From Ranitomeya imitator (Eukaryota): DNA of 64,000 bases. Numbering within the stretch: the first letter of the stretch is position 1; each line of letters starts with the position of its first letter. The translations under genes were made by a program, and so were the position numbers. Below are positions 1 through 12,510 of the stretch, piece by piece. Below the pieces are notes generated by a model. The model was not told the DNA's origin and made no database searches. It was given only the letters and a program-made list of their open reading frames with translations. The stretch is taken from positions 171,554,001 through 171,618,000 of the forward strand of contig NC_091289.1 in NCBI RefSeq assembly GCF_032444005.1, read 5' to 3'.

Positions 1-1044
1 TTTTAAGTAATAAAATTTCTCTTTTCTCTACCCCACCCCGGAAGGTGTCCACGTCCTATAAATTCCTAATATTCTTGATGATCTTTAATAAAACTTGTGG
101 CTCCACAAGAACATTTCTGCAAGAACTATGCAAACCATAAAAGTAGATTGACATAAAGTACAACCATCCAGTTGTAATAGTGTGCAGGTACTGAGTGTGT
201 CACCATGGAACAGACAGACCAACAGTTGAGGGCTTTAATAACAGGAATCAGGTTCTCCTCGCAGGGAGGAAGCAGTAGAATATAACTAACAATGAAACAG
301 TGTAAAAATATGGGAGTCAAAAAGTGTAACAGAATAAAGCAGGATTTCTTGAGAAAAAGAACACTTATCAGTCCGATGAGGACTTGCTTGAAGGGTCGTC
401 TTCTCCAACATAGGCGCCGAGAAACAGCGGCACTTGTCGTCCCTCTGTTGTCCGTGGGCTGAGTAGTCTCTAGGAGCCTGCTGCCTGGGGTTTCGGGAGT
501 TAATGTGATATGCACAGGCTCTGAGTCTTTAGCTTTTACAGCACAGCCTATCCCGGGAAAACGATGGTCTATTATTAAGTCTCCCACCAGGAATCAGGGG
601 TTCTGCACTGATACCGTGGGTACCAGGGGGTCACAATCTCTGCATGGGTACCAGGGGGGTCACAGTCTCTGCACGGGTCAATGTCTCTGTACGGGTCTCA
701 AAGTGCCCCTCCCCAGTCACAGCAGAGTCCGCTTTCAAGTACTCACAAGATGCAGTCTTTCTGGGCAATCTCCCTGTATTTGCCCTCTGACCGGGAGCTC
801 TCTCTCACTCCCCCGGAGCGCAGCTGCGTCCTACTCTGACTGCTGCTCACGCTGCTCTGCTCTGCTCCTTGCGCACTCGCCTTTCCCGCTCTCTGCCCGG
901 CTTCCTTCCTGTCCCAGTCTCTAAGTCTGCCCCCTGGGGAATCTGTAGCACAGCTCAATGGTTCCAGGCATAGAGCCGAGAAGGTAACCGCCCCCGGACT
1001 CTTCTTGTGCTTCACCTCCTTACACAGTCTTCTCCTCCACACAG

Positions 1045-1178
1045 GTTCAGCTGTACACACTGGAGGATGGCAAATTTTTATCCTTTAAGGTAGAAATAAT
1101 AGTATCCACTGATGCAAGACAAACCTTCAACCTGCTTTCTGATCTGAGCCGTCGCACAGAATGGGACGGATACTATAA
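1045..1178 (+). CDS. ACOT11: Acyl-CoA thioesterase 11, START-domain exon (gene continues upstream of the window)
   Basis: cacag|...|gtaag boundaries. Encodes [45 protein letters not shown], resembling human LYTLEDDKFLSF...LLSDLRQRPEWD. Confidence 0.92.
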
Positions 1179-1256
1179 GTAAGAGTAGGAGCACAACAAT
1201 AACAACATTTGCTGTATTCCTCTTCTGCATCTTTATACGCTGTCTGTTGCCTGCAG

Positions 1257-1388
1257 AGAATGTCAGCTGTTGCAACAAGTGAATGAAGATGATGCTATTT
1301 ACCATGTAGTCTGCACCGTGAGCAGCACAGATGGCAAATTACAAGATTTTATCATCCTGGCTTCTCGACGACCACCCTGTGATGTTGG
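1257..1388 (+). CDS. ACOT11: ACOT11 START-domain exon
   Basis: ctgcag|...|gtgag. Encodes [19 protein letters not shown]...[16 protein letters not shown]; phase matches both neighbours. Confidence 0.93.
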
Positions 1389-1464
1389 GTGAGTTCTGAC
1401 CCTAAACTAGCTGTCTATTTTGATCATGAACTATAGTATACTGATTGCATGTTTTCTTTCCCAG

Positions 1465-1588
1465 AGACCCCTACGTTGTAGCGTTTCGCTCCGTTTCCCT
1501 TCCCGCACATCCTCCCTGTGATGAGTACACCCGGGGAGAGACTCTCTGTTCTGGATTCTGCATATGGTCACAAGGACCTATGACAAAG
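1465..1588 (+). CDS. ACOT11: ACOT11 START-domain exon
   Basis: tcccag|...|gtatt. Encodes [41 protein letters not shown]. Confidence 0.93.
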
Positions 1589-2039
1589 GTATTGTTTTTT
1601 TATCATTTGGCCTACATGATCAAGCAGGGAGCACCAGTTAGGTAGGATTTTGATATGTGCTTAATTATAAGGGTTGTAAAAGTCACAGCTCTACCAGGGT
1701 CCGTCCTACCATTGGTGCAACCTACGTCGCCACTCAGCAACCCAGTAGGTGAGGGGGACCATGTCTACCTCCAATGGGATAGTGGATTAGGGTAAGTTAT
1801 TGGGCTACAAAGGGCCCATATATTGTTCTTGCTCAGGGGCCCATCTCTGTCTGTGTCTGCTCCTGAGCTGCACCTTCCTATGGCTTCCCTACCACCTGGG
1901 GGGGACCGTAGTGCTAGAAGAGACAGGTGACCCATGTATAAATTAGGATCCAAGGGGAAAAGTTTCCTCTTGCGAAGAGTGACATGTCAAGCCAGCATGC
2001 CAAGGTGAGGAGACTTTTAAGCCTTGCAATGCTCCTCTG

Positions 2040-2610
2040 GGAAAAATGCAAATTGTTTCTTCAGAGAGGAAGAAGACTAGAACTCTAGTGCCACCTATTA
2101 GAAGTAGCAATGCTAAAAGTCAATATGGACTCTCTAACGAACCTTGTCACATGACTTATGATAAAAGCCAAAACCAAAATCTCAGTTTGCAGACACTGTG
2201 TTTCGGGGTACTGCCTCATATCAGTGCAATGTGTGAGATCTGGTTTGGCTGGGTGAGAGGCGTCTGACCGAGATCCAAGAGGTAACGTTTCTCCTTAGGG
2301 AGAGTGACATGCTAAGGTGAGGAGACTTTTAAGCCTTGCAATGCTCCTCTGTGAAATATACAAATTATCTCTTCAGAGAGATCCCGGTCAGACGCCTCCC
2401 ACACAGCCAGACCAGATCTCACGTTTTGCACTGATGAGTGGCAGTACCCCGAAGCACTGTGTCTGCAAACTGAGATTTTGGTTTGGCTTTTATCCTAAGT
2501 CATGTGATTAGGCTCAGAGGGTAGATGTTGATTTTTAGTGTTGCTACTTCCAATAGGCGGCAGCAGAGTTCTAGCCCTCTTCCTCTCTGAAGAGACAATT
2601 TAGTTATAAA
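2040..2610. mobile_element. Palindromic non-autonomous DNA element remnant
   Basis: Long imperfect inverted arms (cttcagagaggaag...ctagaactct / agagttctag...cctctctgaag). A ~90-nt direct duplication spans 1978-2068 and 2303-2378. Confidence 0.5.
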
Positions 2611-3115
2611 TTATGCACTGGCACTTAACATTATGCCTTTGTTAACTTAAAAGTCTCCTCAAACTCTGTTTCCAACTTTTTAAATGCATAACGCGTGCCA
2701 TATATTTGGCCAAAGAATCAAATTGTATACGGGCAAATAAATAATATACCATAACAAGAAGCAAATTGTGCTTACATGGGGTTTTTGGAGAAAAAGAGCT
2801 CAAACTAGGATGGTCCCATTCCCTATTGTGTGAGAATCTATTCAGAATGTCCCTTACCAGACTGGGAATTGGACAAGGGGTAATGGACAGGGTCGAGAAG
2901 TCTTTGAAACTCTTCCAAATACCACAGTATGTTTATCTATAACTTTGGAAACGAAAAGGAAGCAATGATTTAAAAAATGTGGTCTCTAAAGTTTTTTTGC
3001 ACTTGCCAGGGGAAACATGTTCACACACAGTTTTACTGTCAAATTAAATGCAAAGAGCAGGGAGCCGCTTTCCTTGCCCGATAATGGCTGCTTTGCCTGC
3101 TGCAGCTGCCGTGAC

Positions 3116-3292
3116 CAGGGCTGGACTGGCCCACCAGAGAACCGGAGAATCCTCCGGTGGGCTCTGGCTTCTTCTTCAGGAGAGTTCATAGTGCAAACCT
3201 TGCAGCTGCGATGGGTCTGTTGAATGGGGGAGAAAGGTGGGCCCTCCGAACCAAATCCTCTGGTGGGCCCAATGTTCTTCAGTCTGACACTG
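3116..3292. mobile_element. Small hAT-type MITE
   Basis: cagggctggactg...cagtctgacactg termini; 8-bp flanks gccgtgac/gtagtgac (6/8). Confidence 0.5.
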
Positions 3293-3591
3293 GTAGTGAC
3301 GCTCACATCCATGGTTCTAGTTGATGACTTGCTGCACATTTTAGTACATGGCTACACAACGGTTTCTGCGCCAATATTTTTTGGCAAGGCCAAGAAGGAC
3401 ATCTTCCCAACACAGCTGTTTATTGGCTTCAATTATAACAACGGTGCAGGACACTTTGATATCAGCAAGGGTGGCTGTTGGAGACATTTTGGCCTAATAT
3501 CGTTAAATGGCCTCTGTCTCTTCTATGGGAGTTTTCTATATGCAAAATATTCTGTTGTAAATTAATATTTACTTTCCATTTTCCTTTTCAG

Positions 3592-3735
3592 ATTTCCTAT
3601 TACAACCAGTTTACTCCAGGAATTGTCTCACAAGTAACAACCAATATTTCTGGACTGTCTACAGATTTTGCCAACACTTACCAAGCCTGTGAAGAGTTTC
3701 TTCTTGCCAATACAAAGGACTCTAACCAGCCATAA
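3592..3735 (+). CDS. ACOT11: ACOT11 terminal coding exon
   Basis: ttttcag| acceptor. Encodes ISYYNQFTPGIVSQVTTNISGLSTDFANTYQACEEFLLANTKDSNQP*, like human [26 protein letters not shown]. Adjacency to FAM151A favours ACOT11 over ACOT12. Confidence 0.9.
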   Translation: MSYYNQFTPGIVSQVTTNISGLSTDFANTYQACEEFLLANTKDSNQP

Positions 3736-4359
3736 AGCTCACATAATGTATCAGTAGACCTATTCTTAAGACCCCCATGCACAATACATCAAAGACAAAG
3801 GACCCCGGTAATTTTGCCGTAGCCTCTGACTCTTCCTGATGAAAAATGTTGGGAGAAAGAAGAATCTTGAATGTGGTATTTCAACGCCTGACTCTTTTGT
3901 TCTACCAGTAGACAAGCCACCAGTAGACAATGGTTTGTCCTCTGATCTTTGAAAACACATGTATGATCAGCTAAACTGAGTGTGCATATGTATGGGGACG
4001 TCAGAGGGAAAAACTGTTGGAGGAACAGCCATCTAAGTTGTATGGGGACCCTTAGATTGGGTATATAACATGTCCATCATCCATCAGACACAAGTCATAA
4101 ACCACCACTGGTGTTGGGTGAGGAGGAACGCAGCCTAAGAACAGATGGGAAGCCAAAGTTGGTCACAGCTGACATGACGTGCCGTCCTCAGTTCCAGGAG
4201 TTTTAGGACATTTTGCACATAAAGCACTTTTCGTTTGTTTTTTTATGTCATTAGTGGGATTTTGACTGTTTTTGAGATGTTGCACAAAATAGAATGAATT
4301 TTGCAATCTGTTAATGTTTGAGCATGCAGCGTGTGGTTTTTCGTATACACGTATATTAA

Positions 4360-5589
4360 CCCCTTTCTGACCTCGGACGGGATAGTACGTCCGAGGTCAG
4401 AACCCCCGCTTTGATGCGGGCTCCAACGGTGAGCCCGCATCAAAGTCAGGACGTGTCAGCTGTTTTGTACAGCTGACATGTGCCCGCAATAGCGGCGGGT
4501 GAAATCGCGATTCACCCGCCGCTATTAACTAGTTAAATGCCGCTGTCAAACGCTGACAGCGGCACTTAACCGGCGCTTCCGGCCGGAAATGAGCGTATCG
4601 CTGACCTCCGTCACATGATCGGGGGTCGGCGATGCTTCTGCAGAGTAACCATAGAAATCCTTGAGACCTCTATGGTTACTGATCCCCGGCTAGCTGTGAG
4701 CGCCACCCTGTGGTCGGGGCTCATAGCACACCTGCAATTCTGCTGCATAGCAGCGATCTGATGATCGCTGCTATGTAGCAGAGCCGATCGCGTAGTGCCA
4801 GCTTCTAGCATGGCAAAAGTTAAAAAAAAAAAAAAAAAAAAGTGAAAAAATTAAAAAAATATATAAAAGTTTAAATCACCCCCCTTTCGCCCCATTCAAA
4901 ATAAATCAATTAAAAAAAATCAAACCTACACATATTTGGTATTGCCGCGTTCAGAATCGCCCGATCTAGCAATAAAAAAAAGCATTAACCTGAAAAAAAA
5001 TCGAAACGCCAGAATTACGTTTTTTTGGTCGCCGCAACATTGCATTAAAATGCAATAACGGGCGATCAAAAGAACGTATCTGCACCAAAATGGTATCATT
5101 AAAAACGCCAGCTCGGCACGCAAAAAATAAGCCCTCACCCGACCCCAGATCATGAAAAGTGGAGACGCTACGGGTATCGGGAAATGGCGCGATTTTTTTT
5201 TTTTTTTAGTAAAGTTTGGATTTTTTTTTTTACCACTTAGATAAAAAATAACCTAGTCATGTTTAGTGTCTATGAACTCGTAATGAATTGGAGAATCCAA
5301 ATGGCAGGTCAGTTTTAGCATTTAGTGAACCTGGCAAAAAGCCAAACAAAAAACAAGTGTGGGATTGCACTTTTTTTTGCAATTTCACCGCACTTGGAAT
5401 TTTTTTCCCGTTTTCTAGTACACGACATGCTAAAACCAATGATGTTGTTCAAAAGTACAACTTGTTTAGCAAAAAATAAGCCCTCACATGGCCATATTGA
5501 TGGAAAAATAAAAAGTTACGTCTCTGGGAAGGAGGGGAGCGAAAAACTAACACGGAAAAAAAACGGAAAATCCCAAGGTCATGAAGGGG
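4360..5589. mobile_element. Non-autonomous piggyBac-like DNA transposon
   Basis: TTAA at 4356-4359 and 5590-5593; TIRs cccctttctgacctcgg / ccccttcatgaccttgg; no transposase ORF. Confidence 0.8.
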
Positions 5590-6510
5590 TTAAAAGAAGT
5601 GACCTGGAACATACTGCATATCTCTTTCCTGAATTACGGTGGCTAAATTATCGTAGCGAAAGAGACTAATGACTATTCTCGTATGAAAAGAAGAAAAGCT
5701 GCACTTGCCACGTTCTTGCTTTAAAAGTCCTTTATTATGCCTCTGATGATAATGAGCCTTCTGAAAAGTCTCATGTAAAGAACAGGATTTATAAAGTTTA
5801 TTATTAGGCCTAGTGTCCAGTATGAAAATTGCAACACTTCTGATTCTTTTTTTTTTTTATGTAACTTTTTTTTAGATAAATAATAGATATAAACAATAGG
5901 TACATTTGACGTCACAATAAATTGCAGATAACAACCGAGCAAGAGATGTTCTTCCTGAACAAAATTTGTAAATTCACTAAATATTTAAAAAAAAATGATT
6001 TTTTTTTTTTTTGCAAAACATGACATTGCCTTTCAAGGGGATTTAAAAAAAAAAAATTAGATAATTAGATGATTCTTTTTATGCATCGTACGTCGTTTCA
6101 TAATGACTGACTTTGTAGGAGAATACAATGATCTAAAAACAGAATATTGTTGAGTCAATCATTTTAGGACACAATTGATTTTTAGCATATTTATTTCTAA
6201 GTCAATGTGTTAAGAGGATATTTTTACATACTTTACATTACGTCTGGTCACACCGGACCTACTACTTAAATTACCTTATCCTTTGACTAACCCAACCAGG
6301 GGCTCCGTGAATGCCTGCTCCAGCCGCCTGTCATACCACCGTTGTTCTTAGTCCAGAACTTTTACGAAGAGTTGTTGGGGAACAGTATATAAATAATACA
6401 CACTATGTACCCTTATCTTACACTACTGTATTTTGGAAACTTTTTTTTTTATGATGAAAATAACCCAAAAAGTTTTCATTATTCAAGTGAGGTTCCTTAG
6501 TGACTTCACT

Positions 6511-7178
6511 CTAGGTGCTGTAGATACTTGTCATGAGCGTATACCGATACTCTGGTGGTAGTTTGTAATAGACCCCATTTTCCGTGTGGGTTCTGATGGC
6601 CATCAGTCCATGATACCCATCCAGGAACGCTCCTTGTTCAGTAGTGTGTTCTACGGTAAGAGTATACATTGGGGAGACCTTCAGCAGATTTATTGCACTC
6701 AGCCAGGCTTTCCCCAAGGCAACTGCCTGTAGCTGAAATGAGACCTCCTGCATGACTCCATTGCAAAGTTTCAGCATATCCTGCACCATTATCTCTGTGT
6801 AACCCTTATCCAACCGTTCTTTGGGCCAACTAGGCACAACCGTAACTGCTGAAAAGATGGCATTGATGCTACCAATGAAGTCTTCTCCTTGGATATACCC
6901 TGGTGTGCTAAAAGTTTCATAAGCCACATCCATGCCAACCCACACTGGAAGATATAGATGTTTCTGGTCATCAAGTTTCTTCAGGACATTGAGGGTCTCG
7001 TTGAGTGAGATGTGGTCTTTTGGTTTAAGGAAAATTCCCCATGGATTATTGCTGTTGGTAACCAACTTGAGAAGGTCTTCCAGTGGAAATATTGATGATG
7101 ACTTAGCAAAGATTACCATTGGGGTAAGAGAACTATTTGTTTGGACTTCTACCTGGAGCGTGAGCATTCCAAGATTAC
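6511..7178 (-). CDS. FAM151A: FAM151A exon 8 (terminal; second DUF2181-like domain)
   Basis: ctatag| acceptor in frame with ORF 6511-7167 (PWGIFLK, PVWVG, VTVVPSWP, VSFQLQA, VYYKLP). The 8 exons sum to 1740 nt = 579 aa + stop. Confidence 0.95.
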
Positions 7179-7615
7179 CTATAGTGGAAAGACGGAAGAT
7201 TCTATAAATATTATAACACTTTAATGCATCAATCTAATGATCTCATTAACCAGTCTTCATATAAACTCCAGTATGTGGAGAATCTAGTTATACATATTTG
7301 GTAGCCCAAAATATAGCTTCCTATCTACTATAGAAAAGCCTTGAAAACCCTGAATTTCATTAAGTCAAGTTTCTCAAGCAAGCTTTTAGCTAGCCTTAAA
7401 GGGTTTCTCCTCTGTACTCACTTCCACATTGAGAAGAAAGCAGGATAAATGTCATCATTACGTCCTGTGTTACCTGCCGGCCACGTTTTCAATCTGCGGA
7501 TATTGGGCACCTGTCTCATTTAATAGTTGCCGTGTAACTGTTTTATTCTATCATGCCCATTTCGAGATTAGTAGGCATCAGAGAACGTGATCACACCTGC
7601 CCTGCTCTCTTCTCA

Positions 7616-7882
7616 ATTTATTTATTTTACTCACTTATATAGCGCGAATAATTCCACAGCGCTTTAGACGTTATCACCACTGTCCCCATTGGGGCTCACA
7701 ATCTAGATTCCCCATCAGTATGTCTTTGGAGTGTGGGAGGAAACCGGAGAACCGGGAGGAAACCCACGCAAACACGGGGAGAACATACAAACTCCTTGTA
7801 GACGTTGTCCTTGGTGGGATTTGAACCTAGGACCCCAGCACTGCAAGGCTGCAATGTTAACCCCTGAGCCACCGTGGTGCCC
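7616..7882 (-). mobile_element. tRNA-derived V-SINE with L2-type 3' tail
   Basis: A-box tggctcagggg, B-box ggttcaaatccc, V-core gtttgtatgttctccccgtgtttgcgtgggtttcctcc, tail aaagcgctgtggaa...aaataaat. Confidence 0.8.
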
Positions 7883-8126
7883 ATTTGAATAGAAAGTGTA
7901 TGCAAATAATCCTGGAACTTCATTAGGGGTGAGCCAGCTAGAACAGCTAGTGTATTAGCCCACCATCAATGCACTTACAAGCTCATTTTCATAAACATTC
8001 TAACCGAATTTTCTCTGTACTGGCACAAAACTTTGTGGTTATACACGTATATCTGTATTCTTAATTTGATCACCTACACAACCATGTTCTCGGTTTACGT
8101 ACATTAAACAATGTTGTTGTCATTGT

Positions 8127-8162
8127 CTCGACGTGTTTCCCCAACTAAGGGTTCATCAGGAG
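8127..8162 (-). ncRNA. Minimal type I hammerhead ribozyme motif (Penelope/retrozyme-like)
   Basis: Minus strand reads CUC-CUGAUGA-a-CCC(uuaguu)GGG-GAAAC-ac-GUC-GAG: catalytic core, stem II, short stem III, GUC site and 3-bp stem I. Confidence 0.6.
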
Positions 8163-8378
8163 GTTGATAAGAATGACATCTGGTAGGATCACAAGCCCAC
8201 GTTTTGGGAAACGTGTCAAGGCCATGACAATACCATTATAGCGAATAGTACCATTACTTTGTTTTTGAGCCCCTTCTGCCTTCCTTAAGCAATATCATTT
8301 CTACTTCAATCATTGGTAGGCCGTCTAAGGGTTTCCTAGAGTCAGACGTCGAGGAGCGTGGCGCCACTGTCACCATTA

Positions 8379-8573
8379 GGCCGGGATCACACATGCGAGA
8401 AATACGTCCGAGTCTCGCATGGTAACACCCGGCATTCCCGCCATCACTCAGGAGCGGAGCGTGCGGCTCCATGTATTGCTATGCGGCCGAAGCTCCACTC
8501 CAGAGAGACGGCGGCAATGCCGGGTATTACCATGCGAGACTCGGACGTATTTCTCGCATGTGTGAACCCGGCC
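8379..8573. mobile_element. Harbinger/PIF-type palindromic MITE
   Basis: TTA/TAA flanks; near-perfect arms ggccgg..cacacatgcgagaaatacgtccgagtctcgcatgg. Confidence 0.7.
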
Positions 8574-8891
8574 TAACCCTAAAGTCCAACCTCTGCGGGT
8601 AGGCAGGACTGTATCAATAAGGACGATCTGATTAGGGTTAATTATTGCCCCTTGGTTTATCAGCCTGGTATTGTATTTTTATCTATTATTGTGCCCATTC
8701 ATTTGTATATCGGGCTATTTTCGTTTGTGTTGTCTGTGTTTTTCTTGGATATTTTTTTAACACATATCAAATAAAAATTGGTTTTAAATGTTTTTTTTTT
8801 TACACTTTTATGGTCTCTGAGCATTAAGCCATTTTTGTCAAACATTGTTCTGGATGTTGTATTTCTCCATAATTGGAGATACTTTTCTTAC

Positions 8892-9029
8892 TTGACAATA
8901 GATTCTGTACAGTGGAGACATTTTCCTCAGCATCAAACCATTTCACTGAAATTCCATCGTCATCATCGGGGTGAAAGTACATCTGAAGGCTGACCCCGGA
9001 ATAGAACAGCTTCTTCCGGTTGGAATTCA
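8892..9029 (-). CDS. FAM151A: FAM151A exon 7
   Basis: ccaaag|...|gtaag. Encodes LNSNRKKLFYSGVSLQMYFHPDDDDGISVKWFDAEENVSTVQNLLS. Confidence 0.88.
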
Positions 9030-9404
9030 CTTTGGAAATAAACACAAGTAAAAATAGTATCACTATATTGATTGTCTATTTTCTCCAGGAGCCCACTGCT
9101 CCCAGCCTCACAGCTTCATGCAAACACATAAGTGTCGCAATTAATAAGGTTTGGGGATTTTTAGACTAGATCAGGAACAGATACTTCATCTGAATCAGGG
9201 ATCAATTTGAATTTCAGCCTCTCAATGTAAGACTATGTTCACATTGTGTTTTACCCTACGTTCAGTGGCTCCATCAGGGCTTACATCTGAAGCCCTGGAA
9301 AAAGGCCATTTACCTTAATGAGGCAGATGAAGTCACTGTGTGCTCTGTTGGACCATCATCTTTGGACCTATTTTGCAGATGTTTGGACCCATCATGCAGA
9401 TTTT

Positions 9405-9480
9405 GTCCTTGGTGGGATTTTAACCCAGGACCCCAGCACTGCAAGGCTGCAGTTCTAACCACTGAGCCACCATGCTGCCC
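9405..9480 (-). mobile_element. 5' tRNA-like head of the same V-SINE family
   Basis: Similar to 7808-7882. Confidence 0.65.
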
Positions 9481-9768
9481 ATGTTCAACCAAAAAGACAC
9501 CCTGGTGTAAATCTGTATATCTTTAATTTTGCCTCTTCATTGCAGATATCTTAACAAAAAAAGTATTTCGCACCTAATGTGCTATTTTTTTTTTAAGTCC
9601 AACTTTTTGTTATTACATACTTTTCATTGGGGGTGCACACTTCTCCCTGTATGACTTATCTGATGAAAAATTTGATGAAAAGATCTTTTCAACCTCAAAT
9701 GTACACTTCCACCATATAAACAAGCATTATTTTAAAAAATTACTTTTATTAAGGTGTTTTTTTTAAAT

Positions 9769-9861
9769 GTTTCGCCGCTTATCCGGCTTCATCAGGGGTA
9801 CAGAGGCTTATAACTCTGTACCCCTGAAGAAGCCAGGTTATTAGTGAAACCTGTAAAGGGG
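9769..9861. ncRNA. Inverted pair of degenerate hammerhead cores (Penelope pLTR-like)
   Basis: Minus: CUGAUGA-a-GCCG(gauaag)CGGC-GAAAC with no GUC. Plus: CUGAAGA...GAAAC-cu-GUA. Joined by hairpin ggggtacagag-N8-ctctgtacccc. Confidence 0.45.
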
Positions 9862-10152
9862 CTTGTGTTTTTGGCTTTAACAATTGTGGGTGCTGTCCAT
9901 CACATAACTATTGCAGCAGTAGAACAGTAGAGGAATAGTGCTCTGAATTGACAGCAATATTGACACCTGTTTCATTTTAGTTAGGGTTGAATATATTACA
10001 TTATTAATATTAAATGAAATGTTTTAATGATGCTAGATGGAAGAGGGGTAATGCTTTTTCTGTTCTTTTAGTCAATTATAAATGTATTTTGTATACTCAG
10101 CCACGATTCCTGTGTGGAACTCTGTTGTTATTGTAAGTGGTTCATCTTCTCA

Positions 10153-10347
<195 letters not shown>

Positions 10348-10930
10348 TTATCACTGATATGTTGTGTAACCCACCTACAGTGCAAAGTGTTCACATCACT
10401 GCTCGCTCAGAACAAATTTTACACAATCATACAAAATAAAAATAAAAAATATGCTAAATAAATTGCTAAATAAATTATTTTTGGGAACAAAATTCTGTTC
10501 TTAAAATTAAAATGAAATTATGAGCCATGTTAACGTTATATGATTTCATGATTTGGTCTCTGTTTCAATTAATCAATGATTTTCAAGATCTCTGCTTGCA
10601 GAGCCCACTCAACACGCTACAGTTGCTCTGATCGCTGCTGTTTAACTATTTAGATGCCGCTGTCAATCACTGACAGCGGAATTTTAAATGATGCGATCGC
10701 TGATTCGATGGGTTTCCGCCGACACAGTGGGCTTTATAGTAGACCATCATTTACGCAGTGTACTGCAACAACTTAGTATTGCAGTATAGAGAGCAAGCAA
10801 TCAAACGATCAGTGTCAAATTGCCTAAAGGCACAAAGGAATAAGAAAAAAAAAAAAATATAAAGAATACAAAATTCAAATGACCATGCTTTTCTCAGTTC
10901 AAAGATGAAGAATTAAAAAAAATACATATA

Positions 10931-12510
10931 CACTGCTCAAAAAGCTTAAGGGAACACTTAAACAACACAATGTAACTCCACGTCAATCACACTTCATTGG
11001 AATTAACTTGTCCAGTTAGGAAGCAACACTGATTGTGATTCAATTACTACTGCTGTTGTGCAAATGGAACAGACAACAGGTAGAAATGATGGGCAATTAG
11101 CAAGGCAACCCCTATAAAGGAGTTAGGATCAGGGGGTGACCACAGACCATTTCTGTGATCTCATCCTTTTTGGTTGTTGTTTTGGTCAATTTTCCATTTT
11201 TTCATTGTTTTCACCCCAAGAGGTACAGTAGCATAGGGCGGTGTCTACAACCCACAGAAGTTGCCGAGGTAGTGTAGCTCATCCAGGATGGCACATCAAT
11301 GCGAGCTGTAGCAAGAAGGGCAGCTGTGTCTGTCAGCAAAGTGTCCAGTGCATGGAGCAGATACCAGGAGACAGGCCAGTACACCAGGAGACATTAAGGG
11401 GGCCATAGAAGGGCAACAACCCAGCAGCAGGACTGGTACCGCCTTTGTGCAAGGAGGAACAGGAGGAGCAGTGCCAGAGCTCTGCAAAATGACCTCCAGC
11501 AGGCCACTAACATCCATGTGTCTGCTCAAACTGTCAGAAACAGACTCCATGAGGGTGGTATGAGGGCCCGACGTCCACAAGTGGGTGTTGTATTAACAGC
11601 CCAACACCGTGCAGAGTGATTGGCATTTGCCAGAGAACACCAAGATTGGCAGATTGGACATTAGTGCCCTGTGCTTTTCACAGATGAGAGCAGGTTCACA
11701 CTGAGCACATGTCAGACGTGACAGAGTCTGGAGACACCATGGAGAATGTTCTGCTGCCTGTAACATCCTCCAGCATGACAGATATGGCAGTGGGTCAGTA
11801 ATGGTGTGGGGAGGCATTTATTTGGAGGGCCGCACAGCTCTCCATGTGCTCGCCAGAGGTACACTGACTGCTTTTAGGTACCGAGATGAGATCCTCAGAC
11901 CCCTTGTGAGACCATATGCTGGTGCGGTTGGCCCTGGGTTTCTTCTGATGCAGGACAAGGCCAGACCTCATGTGGCTGGAGTGTGTCAGCAGTTCCTGCA
12001 TGATATAGGCATTGATACTATGGACTGGCCCGCCCATTCCCAAGACCTTAATCCAATCTAGAACATCTGGGACATCATGTCTGGTTCCATCCACCAACGC
12101 CACGTTGTACCACAGACTGTCCAGGAGTTGACTGATGCTTTAATCCAGGTCTGGGAAAAGATCCCTCAGGAAAATATCAGCTGTCTCATGAGGACCATGC
12201 CCAGGCATTGTAGGGAGGTCATACAGGCACGTGGAGGCAACACACACTACTGAGCATAATTTCCTTGCCTTGAAGCATTTCCACTGAAGTTGGATCAGCC
12301 TGTAATTTGATATTCCACTTTGATTTTGAGTATCTTTCCAAATCCAGGCCTCCATGTGATATTAATTTTGATTTACCTCGACCATTTTTATGTTTTATTG
12401 TTCTCAACGCATTCCACTATGAAATGAATAAAGATTTGCAACTGGAATATTTCCTGCATTGATATTTAGGATGTGGGATTTTAGTGTTCCCTATAATTTT
12501 TTTAGTAGTG
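10931..12510 (+). mobile_element. Full-length degenerate Tc1/mariner transposon
   Basis: TA flanks; TIR cactgctcaaaaa...agggaacact; disrupted transposase (VWGGI...RYRDEILRPLVRPYAGAVGPGFLLMQD...WPAHSQDLNPI). Confidence 0.9.

Noticed and set aside
7616-7882. tRNA gene
   Set aside because: The A/B boxes belong to a SINE head that continues into a V-core and L2 tail; no full cloverleaf or anticodon arm.
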